Position numbers and translations under genes: made by a program. This document shows, piece after piece, positions 21,351 through 32,747 of a stretch of 64,000 nucleotides of DNA. The number at the start of each line of letters is the position of its first letter. The stretch's first letter is position 1. The notes under the pieces are model-generated. The model made no database searches. It was not told where the DNA came from and saw only the letters and a list, made by a program, of their open reading frames with translations. The stretch comes from an uncultured Phycisphaerales bacterium (lineage in GTDB: Bacteria > Planctomycetota > Phycisphaerae > Tepidisphaerales > Tepidisphaeraceae), in NCBI GenBank assembly GCA_963844715.1, contig CAWJPJ010000008.1:544001-608000 (forward strand), in the 5' to 3' direction.

Positions 21351-22719
21351 CTAAGCAGGGCGCGAAATCAAAGCAATTACGGCCGAGTCGACTGGGAAGA
21401 GCTTTGGGTTTGTTCGGGCGCAGCGGCGCGGCTTCGACGCCGATGAGGCGCTGCCTGCCTGTGTACTTCGGCGTGGTGGTGTCCTGGACTTGCTGCTGGG
21501 CCTGGACGATCTGGTTGCGCACGGCGTCTTGTTGGGATTGGAGAACGATGCGGTCCTGCTGCAATTTTCTGTTGTCGTCGGAGAGCTGGTAGTAAATCTG
21601 CGGGAGGGGGACTTGATAGATAATGCCGTTTTCGCCGGCGATGTAGCTGCCGGCTTCGAGGCGGTGCATCTGGCGCGTGTTTTGATCGGTCTCGGCGTCG
21701 ATCTGGCCCAGGCGCTGTTGAATGGCGTCGAACTGATTTTGCAGATCGGCGACCTGCTGCTTGACTCGGTTTTCAACGGCTTGCAATTGGGCGAGTTGAT
21801 CGGAGGTGACCCAGCCGGCGCCCCAGCGGTAGAGGCCGTCTTTGGCGCGGCGGGCGCGAAGGAGGGTGTCCTGGTCGCGGAAATCGGCGGCAGCCTGCTG
21901 GCCGAGCGTGGTTTGGGCGTCGGTTGGGCTCAGGGCGGCGAGGGCTTCGGCGACGTTATCGAGAATCGGCTGGGCGACGGGGGCGGCGAGCATAGCCTGA
22001 TCGTAGAAACCCATCGCGGCTGTTTGCGCGCCGAGGCGCCATGCGGTGACGGCCAGATTGTTGAGCGTGGGGCCGTAATTGGGGGCGATGGAGTTGGCCA
22101 AGGCGAAATTGTCGCGGGCCTTGGTGAGTTGGTTTTGGTTATAGAGCTGGACGCCTTGAATAAAGATCGCGGTGGCGTTTTGGGGGTCGTCGAGGAGGGC
22201 CTGATTTAAAAGTTCAGTTGCTTCTTCGGTGTGATTTTGCAGCAGTAGATCGCGGGCGGCGATGGATTCGGTTTGGCTGACCTGGCGGAGTTTGCCGCGC
22301 TGATCGGGGGTGACCCAGCGGGTGCCGACTTTAACGAGGCCCTGGGTCTGACGGTCCTGCCAGGTTTGCAGATCCAGTTTGGCTTCGGCGAGGACCTGTG
22401 GGTCGGTGTTGGCGGCGATGAATCGCTGGTAGCGCGGGATGATCAGCAAGATGTCATCCAGCGATTCGACGGCGCGGCGCAGGGAGGCGAGGCCGTCCAT
22501 GGCGGCCTGGGGCGCTGGGGCGGTGGCGACGACCTGAATGGAGGCGATGCGGTCGGGGGCGACGGCGAGGACTTTTCCATCGTCGCGATTGATGATCCAT
22601 CCGTCGGGGGTTTTTCTGGCGCGGCCGTGGAGGACGGTTCCGTCATTGAGAGTGATGATGTCGCCGCGGGCGATCGACGCCGCTCCGAGGATGGCGGCCG
22701 CAATCCAGCGCAGATTCAT
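21351..22719 (-). CDS. Exported TPR/coiled-coil protein (3' end uncertain)
   Basis: Signal peptide, DIITLNDGTVLHG beta-motif, TPRs (PTLNNLAV), C-terminal coiled coil. Confidence 0.7.
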
Positions 22720-22802
22720 GTCGAGCCTCCGGCGAACGGTTCATTTTAGACGCGGCCTTTCGATTGGGAAACCGCGTGGGGGTGATTTACAATTCGCGGC
22801 CC

Positions 22803-23700
22803 ATGCCTGGAACGGACGGCCCGTGGACAATTCGGCGGTTGCTGGAGTGGACGACGGGGTATTTTACGCGCAAGGAGATCGACTCGCCGCGGTTGTCGGC
22901 GGAGTTGCTTTTGGCGCACGTGCTGGAACTGCCGCGGATCAAGCTTTACACGAATTATGAGCGCGTGGTCGAGGAGAAGAATCTGACCGCGTTTCGGGAG
23001 CTGGTTCGTGCGCGCGGCGGAGCAGGAGCCGATCGCTTATCTGACCGGGCGGGCGCATTTTTTCAATTTGGAATTCGAGGTGACGCCGGACGTGCTGATT
23101 CCGCGCCCGGATACGGAGACGCTGGTTGAGAACGTGATCCAACTGATCCGGCACGAGAAGGGATTGGAGTCGCCGCGGATTCTGGATTTGTGCACGGGGA
23201 GCGGGTGCATCGCGGCGACGATTGCGCATCAAGTGAAGGGGTCGATCGTGCTGGCGACGGAGATCAATCCGGCGGCGGCGGGGCTGGCGCGGCGGAATAT
23301 CCAGAGGCTGGGGTTGTCGGAACGGGTGACGGTTATGGAGGGGGATTTATTTCAGCCGCTGGAGCAGACGATCGATCGGTTGCCGTTTCAGTTGATCGTG
23401 GCTAATCCGCCTTATGTTCCTACGGGGCAGATCGCGGGGTTGGACCGGAATGTGCGGGATTTTGAGCCGGTTGCGGCGCTGGACGGGGGATTGGATGGAT
23501 TGGCGATTCATCGTCGAATTTTGCAGCAAGCACCGGCGAAGCTTTCGCCGGGAGGGCATATTTTTCTGGAGATCGCGTTCGATCAGGGGGAGTTGGCCAT
23601 CGAATTGGCGAAGGAACATGCGGAGTTTATCGAGGCGAAGGTGTTGAAGGATCATGGGGGGAATGATCGGGTGCTGACGGCTCGGATTAAACCCGAATGA
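22803..23700 (+). CDS. prmC: Release factor glutamine methyltransferase (frameshift near 23010)
   Basis: WTIRRLLEWT, EPIAYLTG, VLIPRPDTE, LDLCTGSG, NPPY. Confidence 0.95.
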
Positions 23701-23799
23701 CGAAACCAGAAATCCGAATCAAATCCGAAACCAGAATGAGCCATAGCATTCGGCCATTCGGGCTTCTGGTTTGATTCTGGTTTCTGGTTTCGGATTTCC
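23689..23799. repeat. (GAAATCC/GAAACCA)n heptamer palindromic repeat, copy 2, between convergent prmC and rpsI
   Basis: GAAACCAGAAATCCGAATCAAA ... TTTGATTCTGGTTTCTGGTTTCGGATTTC imperfect hairpin. Confidence 0.8.
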
Positions 23800-23803
23800 A
23801 GTT

Positions 23804-24253
23804 TTATCGCTTGGAGAACTGGAATCGTCGGCGGGCGCCGCGTTGGCCGTATTTTTTGCGTTCTTTCATTCGGCTGTCGCGGGTGAGGAAGCCTGCGTTT
23901 CTGAGGGGGACTTCGAGGGTGCTGTCGAACTTGGCGAGGGCTCGGCCGAGACCCATGACGATGGCGCCGGATTGGCCGGTGGCGCCGCCGCCGTTGCAGC
24001 GTGCCCAGACGTCCATTTTTCCGCCGGTGCTGGTGACTTCGAGGGGTCCGAAGATGGATTTTCTATCGCCTTCGGAGGTGAAGAATTCGTTGAGGGTTCG
24101 GCCGTTGACTTCGATCTTGCCGGTGCCGGGGGCGACGCGGACGCGGGCGACGGACGATTTTCTGCGGCCGACGCCCCAGGTGTAGACGGGTTTGGCTTTG
24201 GGGGCATCGGATGCTGGAGCAGTTGTTTCAGCGGTGGGCGCGTCTTGCGACAT
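23804..24253 (-). CDS. rpsI: 30S ribosomal protein S9
   Basis: GRRKSSVARV ... ERKKYGQRGARRRFQFSKR. Confidence 0.98.
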   Translation of the reverse strand: MSQDAPTAETTAPASDAPKAKPVYTWGVGRRKSSVARVRVAPGTGKIEVNGRTLNEFFTSEGDRKSIFGPLEVTSTGGKMDVWARCNGGGATGQSGAIVMGLGRALAKFDSTLEVPLRNAGFLTRDSRMKERKKYGQRGARRRFQFSKR

Positions 24254-24276
24254 GGTCGTGTGTTCCGTGGTTGAAG

Positions 24277-24708
24277 TTACGCGAGTTTCAATTCCTTGGG
24301 TTGCTGGGCGGAGTGGGGATGTTTATCGCCTTTGTAGATTTTGACTTTGCCGAGGATGTTGCGGCCCATCTTGCTCTTGGGGAGCATGCGGCGGACGGCG
24401 AGTTCGATTAACTTCTCCGGGTGCAGGGCCTTCATGGTTTTGTAGTCGTAGAGATGGCGGCCGCCGGGATAGCGGGAGTAGGTTTCATATTGCAAGACGT
24501 CGGCCTTCTTGCCGGTGACTCTGATTTTTTCGGCGTTGAGGACGATGACGAAATCGCCGGTGTCTACGTGTGGGGTGTAGGTCGGCTTGTTCTTTCCCTG
24601 AACGATGCCGGCGATTTTGGAGGCGAGCCGGCCGAGGACTTGGTTTGTGGCGTCGACCACATACCACTGCGCGACGACTTCGCCCGGCTTGGCCATGTAT
24701 GTGCTCAT
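24277..24708 (-). CDS. rplM: 50S ribosomal protein L13
   Basis: WYVVDA, LGRLAS, KPTYTPHVDTGD, AVRRMLPK, HPHSAQQP. Confidence 0.98.
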   Translation of the reverse strand: MSTYMAKPGEVVAQWYVVDATNQVLGRLASKIAGIVQGKNKPTYTPHVDTGDFVIVLNAEKIRVTGKKADVLQYETYSRYPGGRHLYDYKTMKALHPEKLIELAVRRMLPKSKMGRNILGKVKIYKGDKHPHSAQQPKELKLA

Positions 24709-24734
24709 CTGCATTTCCTGTCGGAATTTTCGAG

Positions 24735-24815
24735 AAAAAAACTTCCGGTTCGGCGGACGAAAACCGCCGGAACCAGAAGGGAGGGCCATCGTACCGGGGA
24801 GGGCGGACGTGTCAA
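24735..24815 (-). promoter_or_regulatory. rplM sigma70-like promoter and leader hairpin with U-tract (candidate attenuator)
   Basis: TTGACA (24815-24810)-16 nt-TACGAT; leader stem 24742-24779 followed by 7 U. Confidence 0.6.
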
Positions 24816-24948
24816 TAGGCGGGCGGTTTTGGCCGGTTGGGGGTAGGCAAGGGAATATGGGCAAAAAAATATTTAATTTTCGCGATTTCTGGCGTAGCAA
24901 CGTGGAAATCAGTTGCTATAGTCCGCCTCAATTCGGAGGTTGGCCTGC

Positions 24949-25212
24949 GTGGCGTTTACCGTACGTGAGGTTCAGCCGACTCCGAATCCGAACGCGATGA
25001 AATTCGTGCTGGACCGCTCGATCAGCGACCAACCGGCAAGCTTTTTTAATTCGCAATCGGCCCAGGGTCACCCGGTAGCGTCCCATCTGTTTGCGGTGCC
25101 GGGGGTGAGCAGTCTGCTCCTTCTTGGAGATTTTGTAACGGTCAATAAGAGTCCCGATGCCAAGTGGCCGGACATTACCGCACAAGTCAAAAGGGCACTA
25201 GCGTCGATATGA
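24949..25212 (+). CDS. NifU/Nfu N-terminal domain protein
   Basis: QPTPNPNAMKFVL ... PVASHLFAVPGV ... DFVTVNK ... W. Confidence 0.88.
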   Translation: MAFTVREVQPTPNPNAMKFVLDRSISDQPASFFNSQSAQGHPVASHLFAVPGVSSLLLLGDFVTVNKSPDAKWPDITAQVKRALASI

Positions 25213-25282
25213 ATTTAGCCGGGTCAATGCACCGGCTGATGAAGAGCGCGGGAAACTTAGTTATCGGACGAACGTAGTATTT

Positions 25283-25357
25283 AAAGAAGCAATCAATCAC
25301 ACGGAGTTTCTTCCCTCCTTACCCCGTAGGTCTCACCCACGCCTACGGGGTTTTTTT
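25283..25357 (+). ncRNA. Candidate small RNA with anti-SD motif
   Basis: ECF-like promoter GGAAAC-N16-CGTA (25251-25276), CCCTCCTT motif, terminator CCCCGTAGG..CCTACGGGG-T7. Confidence 0.45.
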
Positions 25358-25488
25358 GCGCATTTGTGATAGGCGGGCCGAAGGCCAATACGCATTCTGC
25401 CCCTTATGACAGATTCCATTTGAGTTCCGGGCGCATTCCATTTCGCCCTTCGTACTTGTGTCCGCCTGATACATTTTTGAGGCAATGG

Positions 25489-25797
25489 CGCTCGTTTGAA
25501 ATGCAAATGCAATGCGGGGAGGCGGGAGACACCCATACGGCCCGTCCTGCGGAAACTGCCAGAATCCTCCCCCGCACCCCTCCATCCTCTTCCACTTCCC
25601 CTCAGCCCGTCCATGACCCCCAAATGCGGGAAGGTAAAGCGGGGTTCGCTGGGTTGGTCCGGCTCCGAAGGATCGGTCTTTCTCGCTTTTCCCCCGGACG
25701 GTGAGGGGAAAAGGAGTGGGGATGGGTGGGTGCGGGAGGGAGGGGGCGAAACTTTTGGGGCCGTATATGGTTCGCCCCTTCCCTCCCGCTTTGCATT
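25489..25797. repeat. Inverted doublet of the ~140-bp palindromic repeat (copies 2 and 3)
   Basis: 25489-25632 resembles 1818-1958; 25702-25797 is an inverted, diverged copy. Confidence 0.78.
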
Positions 25798-25984
25798 CGA
25801 CTTTGTGCTTCACCGGAGGGCGAAAGAATTGCGACAACCAGCGCAGAACCACACGGCCAGGTTTTCCCATAGTTTTTGCGGCCGCTCGGGTGAATTTGAA
25901 ATGGTTGGGATCACCCGTTCGACTGCGGCAACTGGCCGAAGACTTGGGACATGGGATAAGAGGGCGTCCCGATCAGAACTTCAA

Positions 25985-28113
25985 TCATCTTGGCTCGATG
26001 CGTTTTAGGTTGGCGGGGAGGATTTGGTCTGCGATGGCGGGGTCTACTCGGCCGTCGGGGAAGATGATGGCCAGGTATTGGTCGGCGTAGGAGACGGCGA
26101 CTCGGCCGGCGGGGTCGGTCCAGACTCGGCGGATGGATCGGAGGAAGCTTAGGCGGTGGTCGAAGATCGCTTCGACGGCGAAGCCCGCGCCGTCGGGGCG
26201 GAGGCGGACAATTCTACCGTTGGCGTTGAAGAGCAGGAGGCGGTTTTGGGCAATCGAGACCAGCCAGGGTTGAAAATCCTGCGAGCCGGCGATTTCCTGG
26301 GGGAGAGTCCAAATATCCTCGCCGCCCGTTGGGACGGACGACGGAGAGAGTTGATCGGCCGTCGAGATATTTGTTGCCGGAGGAATCTTGGAGGAGGAGA
26401 TTTCCCTGGGGGGCCGGGGTGGTTTGGGCGGTGTCGGTTTTGGCCAAAAGCTCCCAATCGTGGTTGGTGAGGATCCAGCGGTCGGAGCGGCGTTGGACGA
26501 CGGGCCAGCCGGCGGCGTTCCAGCCGACGTCGCCGCCGGAGTCGATCATCCAGACGGCTAAGCGCGGGGAAGGGTCGATAACGGTGGGATCGAGAATGAG
26601 CGTGGGCTTTGGGGCGCCGGGGCGGCGGAAAATCCATCGGCCGTGGTTGTCGAAGCCTAGCCATTGGGTGAATTCCGTTTCGGAGGAGCGGAGCAGCGGG
26701 GTGAGCTCATCAGGTGGGAGAAAGCGCGCGGGGCTCAGCGGTGGCTTTTCCGCGATCCACTCGTCGTGAAAGGCGGCGAGCCGGGTCTGTTCATCCATTT
26801 TTCGGGAAAGCCCTGACGGAAGCAATTCGACGTATCGGCCGGGGCGGATGACGAGATAGGCGGGGTTGACGAGTTGGGGGAGTTGACCTTCGCTGGGGAC
26901 GGAGACGCCATGGGGGGCAAAGAAGACGGCTCCGCCGTCGGAGAGACGGGCGGTTACGGTGAGGAGGTTGTCCTGGATATCCATGACGCCGAGGGTGGCG
27001 CGATTGGCGCTGGCGAGGATCTGATCGATGCGCGGGCCGGCGGTGGGGGAGGCGGCGGGGCGCAATTGCTGGAGAAGGGGATAGGCGTCTGCGCCATATG
27101 CGGTGATGCGCTGAAAGGCGTCGGTGCGCTTGTCGGGGTCGGGGTCGTCGAGTTGATCGACGAGAGCTTCGATTTTTTTTTTCGTCGATCGACTGGGGAT
27201 CGAGGGGCTCGGTGATGAGCTGGACGCTTTGCGGGTCGTCGCCGCGGCGGATTTGCATGACGCTGCCGCCCAGCAGGGGGACCAGGTGGAGAATGGAAGG
27301 GGGCCAGGCGGTTGGGTCGAGCTTGAGCCAATGGCCGTCGACGAATCGTGCGACGACGTTGCCGGGCTGGACGGAATCGTCGGCGGGGATCCAGGCGAGC
27401 AGGCCGCGAAGATCGAAAAGGAATTGCGGCTTGGGGCCGGAGCCGGTGGGCGCAGGGGGAAATAGGATTCGGACAGTTGGGTATCGACGGTGATGATGCT
27501 GATGCCGTCTGGCGTGGGGACGATAAGGCGGGTTGCGCCGTTGTCGTCCCAATTCATGGCGCGGGACCAATCGAGGCCGGGGCGATTGGGGATGGGTTTG
27601 GCGTCGGTGGAGGTGACGAGTTCGAAGCCGTCATTGGTGCGGCACACGGCGGAGGCGATCTGATTGCCTCGGGTGTCGACGGTCCATAGGACGTACTCGA
27701 CGTCGCGATCGGCGATGTGCTCGGTTTCGTCGCCGGCGCGGGCCAGGACTTTGGGGAGGGGATCGGCGCTGGGATCGGAGAACCAGAGATCGCCGCGCGG
27801 GCAGAGATAAACGCGGCGAGGGATGAGCAAGTGGGCGGCGTCGGCGAGATCGAGCGCTTCGGATGGAGCGGTGGTGGTTGGATTATTTGGGAAATCGGCG
27901 GCGAGGAGCTGGGGGTAGGTGCGCATTGGCGGCGCGGAGAGGGTGGTTGCGGCGGGAGGGGAGGGTTGCGTTGTCGCGTCGGTGGGTTGCGTGACGGGAG
28001 GCGCAGGGGGGCGGTGGGGGATTTTTTCCGAAGAGGAGAACCAGGGCGATGCCGGCTATGGCGGCGACGAGCAATGAACCGGCGTACAACATTCGGGTAC
28101 GCGCAGGCGGCAT
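25985..28113 (-). CDS. Large membrane-anchored hypothetical protein (several frameshifts)
   Basis: N-terminal TM (MLYAGSLLVAAIAGIALVLL), Pro/Thr linker, HEAT-like LVDQLDDPDPDKRTDAF segment; continuous coding bias across frames. Confidence 0.65.
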
Positions 28114-28181
28114 GCGAGTATGGTAGCGGAAAACGTGGCCCTTGGGCCGGGGTTCTTGTTGCGAGTATGATTCGCGCTCCG

Positions 28182-29175
28182 ATGGCGGATGCGATTGATC
28201 TTCGGCATGTGGAAAAGATTTACCGGCGGCGGGTGCATGCGTTGCGGGGGATTTCAATGCAGGTGCGGCGCGGGGAGATTTTTGGGCTGTTGGGGCCCAA
28301 TGGGGCGGGGAAAACGACGCTGGTCAAAATCATGACCCATGTGGTGCGGCCGACGCGGGCGGCGGGGACGATATTGGATTTTCCGATCGGGCACACGGCT
28401 ACGCTGGGGCGGATCGGATATTTGCCTGAGAACCATCGGTATCCGCGCTATCTTACGGGGCGGCAGGCGGTGGAATTTTTTTCCGCGCTTTCAAAGGTGG
28501 ATCGGCCGACGCGGCGCAAGCGAGCGGGCGAGCTTTTGACGACGGTGGGGCTGGGGGCGTGGGGGGATCAGAAAATCGGGCAATATTCCAAAGGGATGCT
28601 GCAGCGATTGGGACTGGCGGCGGCGATGGGGGCGAATCCGGATTTGCTGGTGCTGGATGAGCCGACGGATGGAGTTGATCCGGCGGGACGGCGCGATATT
28701 CGGCAGGTGCTCCAGCAACTTCGGCAGCAGGGGAAGACGGTTTTCATCAATAGCCATTTGCTGAGCGAACTGGAGACGGTTTGCGATCGGGTGGCGATTC
28801 TGGTGCAGGGGGTGGTCGCCAAACAGGGGACGATCGATGAATTGACGGTGGCGAAGCAATGTTTCTTTTTTGAATTTGCTGCGCAGCCCGAGCCGTGGAC
28901 GGGGGTTTGGAATGCGCTGCCGGGGGCGTTTACGTACGCTCCAGCGCGCAGGGAGGCCGGCGATGGGGAAACTGCCGGACCAGACGTGGTGCCAGTTTGA
29001 CGGGATCAGTTTGCGGGTCGGGAAGACGGAGCCGGCGGAGGTGCAGGGGATTTTGGATGCGCTGAGAAAGCAGGGACTGGTGATTCGGCGCATGCACGTG
29101 CTTCGTCCGAGCCTCGAGGAATTGTTTTTTGACGCGGTGGGGCCGGGGAGCGCGGTCGGGGGAGCGTCGGTATGA
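28182..29175 (+). CDS. ABC transporter ATP-binding protein (frameshift near 28950)
   Basis: GPNGAGKT, YSKGM, LDEPTDG, NSH. Confidence 0.92.
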
Positions 29176-30286
29176 ATCAGACCTGGGCGCTGATTGTCGA
29201 TGCGTATCGCGATCTGAATTCGCGGAAAATGTTTTGGATCGTGCTGGCGATCTCGGGACTGGTCGCCGGCTCGATGTCGGCGGTGGGATTGTCGCCGAAC
29301 GGGTTTACGATATTCGGGTACGAGCTGCCGTCGCGATTTTTAAATTCAAGGGATGTGACGGCGGCGGGATTTTATAAATTGGTGTTCGTCACGCTGGGGA
29401 TCAATTGGTGGCTGACGACGTTCGCGACCTGCCTGGCGCTGATCTCGACGGCAAGTATTTTCCCGGATTTTCTGATCGGCGGGGCGGTTGATCTGTATCT
29501 GTCCAAGCCGATCGGGCGCTGGCGATTGTTTTTCACAAAATATGCGTGCGGACTGCTTTTCGTGGCTTTGCAGATTGCCTGCTTCTGCGTTGCGAGTTTT
29601 CTGGTGATCGGAATTCGGGGCGATGCGTGGGAGCCGGGGATTTTTCTGGCGATTCCGATCGTCGTGCTGTTTTACAGCTATCTATATTGCTTTTGCGTTC
29701 TCATCGGCGTGCTGACGCGATCGACGGTGGCGGCGGTTTTGGTGACGCTGCTGTTTTGGCTTTGCCTGTTCGGGCTGCACACGACGGAAGTGACGCTGCT
29801 GCTGTTCCAGACGCATGACGAGCGGGCGCACGTTAATTTGCTGGCCCAGATCGACCGGGAGCGGGCGGCGCTGGCGGAGATTCCGGCGTCGTCGACGACG
29901 TTGCCATCATTTCGGCAGAAGCTGCTGGAGACGCAGTTGGCGACGGACTTGCAGGCGCGGGACGAATACCATCCGAGTTACGTGCGGGCGCACGAGCTTT
30001 TTTACTGGACCATGGTGGGGCTGCCCAAGACGGCCGAAACCGTTGAGCTGCTGCAGCGGAAGCTGATTCGGCGGTCGGAAATTCCGGGCGAGGAGAATCG
30101 ATCGGCCGAGGATGACGAACAGAATGATTCGATGAACAGCGGGCAGATATTTTGCGCGGGGATATGGCGGCAGTGCGGAAAATAATGCGAAAGCGGACCA
30201 CCGCATGGATTGCGGGGACTTCGCTGGGGTTTGAAGCGGCGGTGTTATTGCTGGCGGGGTGGATTTTTTGCCGGCGCGACTATTGA
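29172..30286 (+). CDS. ABC-2-type permease (frameshift near 3' end)
   Basis: LYLSKPIGRWRLFFTKY, multiple TMs; ends ...WIFCRRDY in the shifted frame; ATGA overlap with the ATPase. Confidence 0.85.
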
Positions 30287-31500
30287 TCGAACCGCGAAAA
30301 TCCACAGTAGGAGTGAAACCGCCGTGGCGGGGAGGGAGAAGAGGGTCATGTTCGCGTCGATGGCGAGCCAATCGTGCCGTGCGTGATTGATTCCGGCGGG
30401 ATTGATTTTGCAGGCGATGCATCCGAGCTGGTCGTTGTAAGCGAAGACAACCAACTCCGTCGCAACGATGATGATGGTGGCGGCGACGATGACGGCGCGA
30501 AGGGGCGCGCGTATTCCACGTAAGCGACGGCCAGAAGCGGGGCGATCCAGTACCAATATTGGACGGAATTTCCTGAGCCGAAAATGATCACGGCGAGTAA
30601 AAGGATTGCCGCAAAGAGGACCAGATCGGCATCGCGTCGCAGGGGTCTGCGCCAGAGGCCGATGGAGAGGGCGACCATTGCCGGCAGCAGCGTGGCGGTG
30701 AAGACGGGGGCGTAGGCGAGGAGGGTTGAGCGCCCGCGACCAGAAGGATGAGGCCGGCGGCGCCGATGGGGCCCGGGGTTCCGCGATAGAGAATGACGCC
30801 GGAGAGGACATCATGGGGTCCCAGGGAGAAGAGGGGGGCGAGGGAAATCGCCGCCGGGCCGAGACATAGGAGGGCGCCGAGAAGGCGTGTTTTGACATCG
30901 ACGCGGCGGGCTTCGGCGATGAGCAGGGGGACGAGGATGAGGGGGAAGGTTTTGGCAAAAGCGCCCAGGCCGAGCCAGCCGGCGGCGATGAGCCAATCGA
31001 CTCTTTCCGATCGGCGGCGGAAGTTAATTAGCGATATCAGAAACCAGAGGATCAGGGTCGTGGGGATCACATCGAAATTTCCCTGTTGAACAGTGAGGAG
31101 GATCAGCAGGGGATTGAGACAGAGGCCCCACATGATGGGGGCGAAGATCTTTTTTGTCGGGCTCAACGCGCGGGCGAGCGCAGGCGGAGAGAATGAGCGC
31201 GGCGTCGGCGGCGGTGAGAAGAAGTCGGAGGCAAGTCATGAAGGGCCAGTCGAGGCGATCGCAGATGTGGCCGACGGCGAAGAGAACTTCCATCCACATG
31301 GGGGGCCAATTGAGTAGGGCATTGCCTTGGTAGGGGTTGATGCCGACGAGCAGCGCGCCGGCGATAACCTGCCAGTTGCGCAGGTCGATTCCGTACCAAT
31401 GGCCCGGCCAATAGACGATGCAGACGACTCGCGCGGCGACGGCGATGCCCGCGAGGAGCCATGCGGCGAGGGTCAGTTTTGCGCGGGGTGCGGGAGTCAT
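30245..31500 (-). CDS. GT87-like (GT-C) membrane glycosyltransferase, paralog 3 (frameshifted)
   Basis: NPY..LLNWPPMWMEVL, QGNFDVIP, KTFPL, QYWYW. Confidence 0.75.
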
Positions 31501-32747
31501 GGGGTTGGCGCTTTCCTGGCGGCGAGGAGGGATCGCAATGCGGCGATCCAAAGGGCCAGCGTGGCGGCGGTCATGGGGAGGGTGAAAAGAAATACATGGC
31601 GATCGACCGAGAACCAGCGATAGATGGCGCGGTTGAAATGAGTTTGCACCCAGCGATAAAGAAAGAAGCCCATCGCGGGTTGATAGGCGTAGGCGATGAT
31701 TTCGGTGACGGAAATGACGATCGCGGCGGGGAGAATCACCCGCGCCAGATCAGACGATTGGAGATAGCCAATGACGAGGAAGGGGGCCACCCAGTACCAG
31801 TATTGAACAGCCGAGCCTGGGCCGAAAAGGAAAATTGAGATGAGAAGGAGCAGGGTGAGGAGAATGACGTCGCCGTCGTGGTGGAGGGGGCGCAGCCAGA
31901 GGATCGAAGCGGAGCTGAGCATCAGAAGGATTAGGAAGGCGGTGAAGTAGGCGGAATAAGTATGGACGGAGGCGCTGCCGGCGAGGAGGGACAGGAATCC
32001 GGAGATTCCGGATTGTCCGGGGACGCCGCGATAGAGGAGAACGCCTTCGATGATTCCGTGCGGATCGAGAGCGAAGAGGGGGGCGAGGGAGAGGAAGGCT
32101 GGGGCGGCGCAGAGGAGGACGCCGAGGAGCCAGATTTTTGGATTCAGGCGGCGGGCTTCGCCGATCAGGATGGGGATGAGCAGAAGGGGGAAGGTTTTGG
32201 CCAGTGCGCCGAGGCCGAGGAAGGCGGCGGCGAGGAGCCAGTCGATCGGTTCGCCGCCGCGGCGGAATTGGATCAGGGAGTAGAGGAAGCAAAGGACAAA
32301 GATGGTGGGGATCACGTCGAAGTTGCCCTGCTGAACGGTGAGGAGAATCATAAACGGGTTCAGGCAGAGTCCCCACAAAACGGGGCGGAAGGCGCGGTTG
32401 CGCAAATCCAGGAGCCGCAGCAGGCGCCATAGGGAGAAGATCAGCACCAGATCGGCGGCGGTGAGAAAAAGGACTATGCAAGCGGGCAGCGACCAACCGA
32501 ATCGATCGCACAGGCGGCCGAGGACGAAGAGGATTTCCATCCACAGCGGGGGCCAATTGAGCAGGTGATATTTCTGGTAGGGGTTGAAGCCGGCGTGCAT
32601 CGCAGTGACCACAGTTCCCCAACTTTGCAGATCGACGGAAAAGACGTGGGAAGGCCAGATATAGAGACAGAAGAGGCGCGCGGCGGCTGCGCAGGCGAGG
32701 AGCGTCCAGAGCGATCGGGCGGGTTTGGCGGTTGGCGGGAAAGTCAT
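31497..32747 (-). CDS. GT87-like (GT-C) membrane glycosyltransferase, paralog 2
   Basis: Intact 416 aa polytopic protein; early Asp (SVDL), NPY, NWPP, QGNFD, KTFP, QYWYW. Confidence 0.78.
   Translation of the reverse strand: MTFPPTAKPARSLWTLLACAAAARLFCLYIWPSHVFSVDLQSWGTVVTAMHAGFNPYQKYHLLNWPPLWMEILFVLGRLCDRFGWSLPACIVLFLTAADLVLIFSLWRLLRLLDLRNRAFRPVLWGLCLNPFMILLTVQQGNFDVIPTIFVLCFLYSLIQFRRGGEPIDWLLAAAFLGLGALAKTFPLLLIPILIGEARRLNPKIWLLGVLLCAAPAFLSLAPLFALDPHGIIEGVLLYRGVPGQSGISGFLSLLAGSASVHTYSAYFTAFLILLMLSSASILWLRPLHHDGDVILLTLLLLISIFLFGPGSAVQYWYWVAPFLVIGYLQSSDLARVILPAAIVISVTEIIAYAYQPAMGFFLYRWVQTHFNRAIYRWFSVDRHVFLFTLPMTAATLALWIAALRSLLAARKAPTP

Noticed and set aside
25333..26090. Protein-coding ORFs over the palindromic doublet (e.g. 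25496-26008)
   Set aside because: No recognisable domains; frames are not conserved between repeat copies
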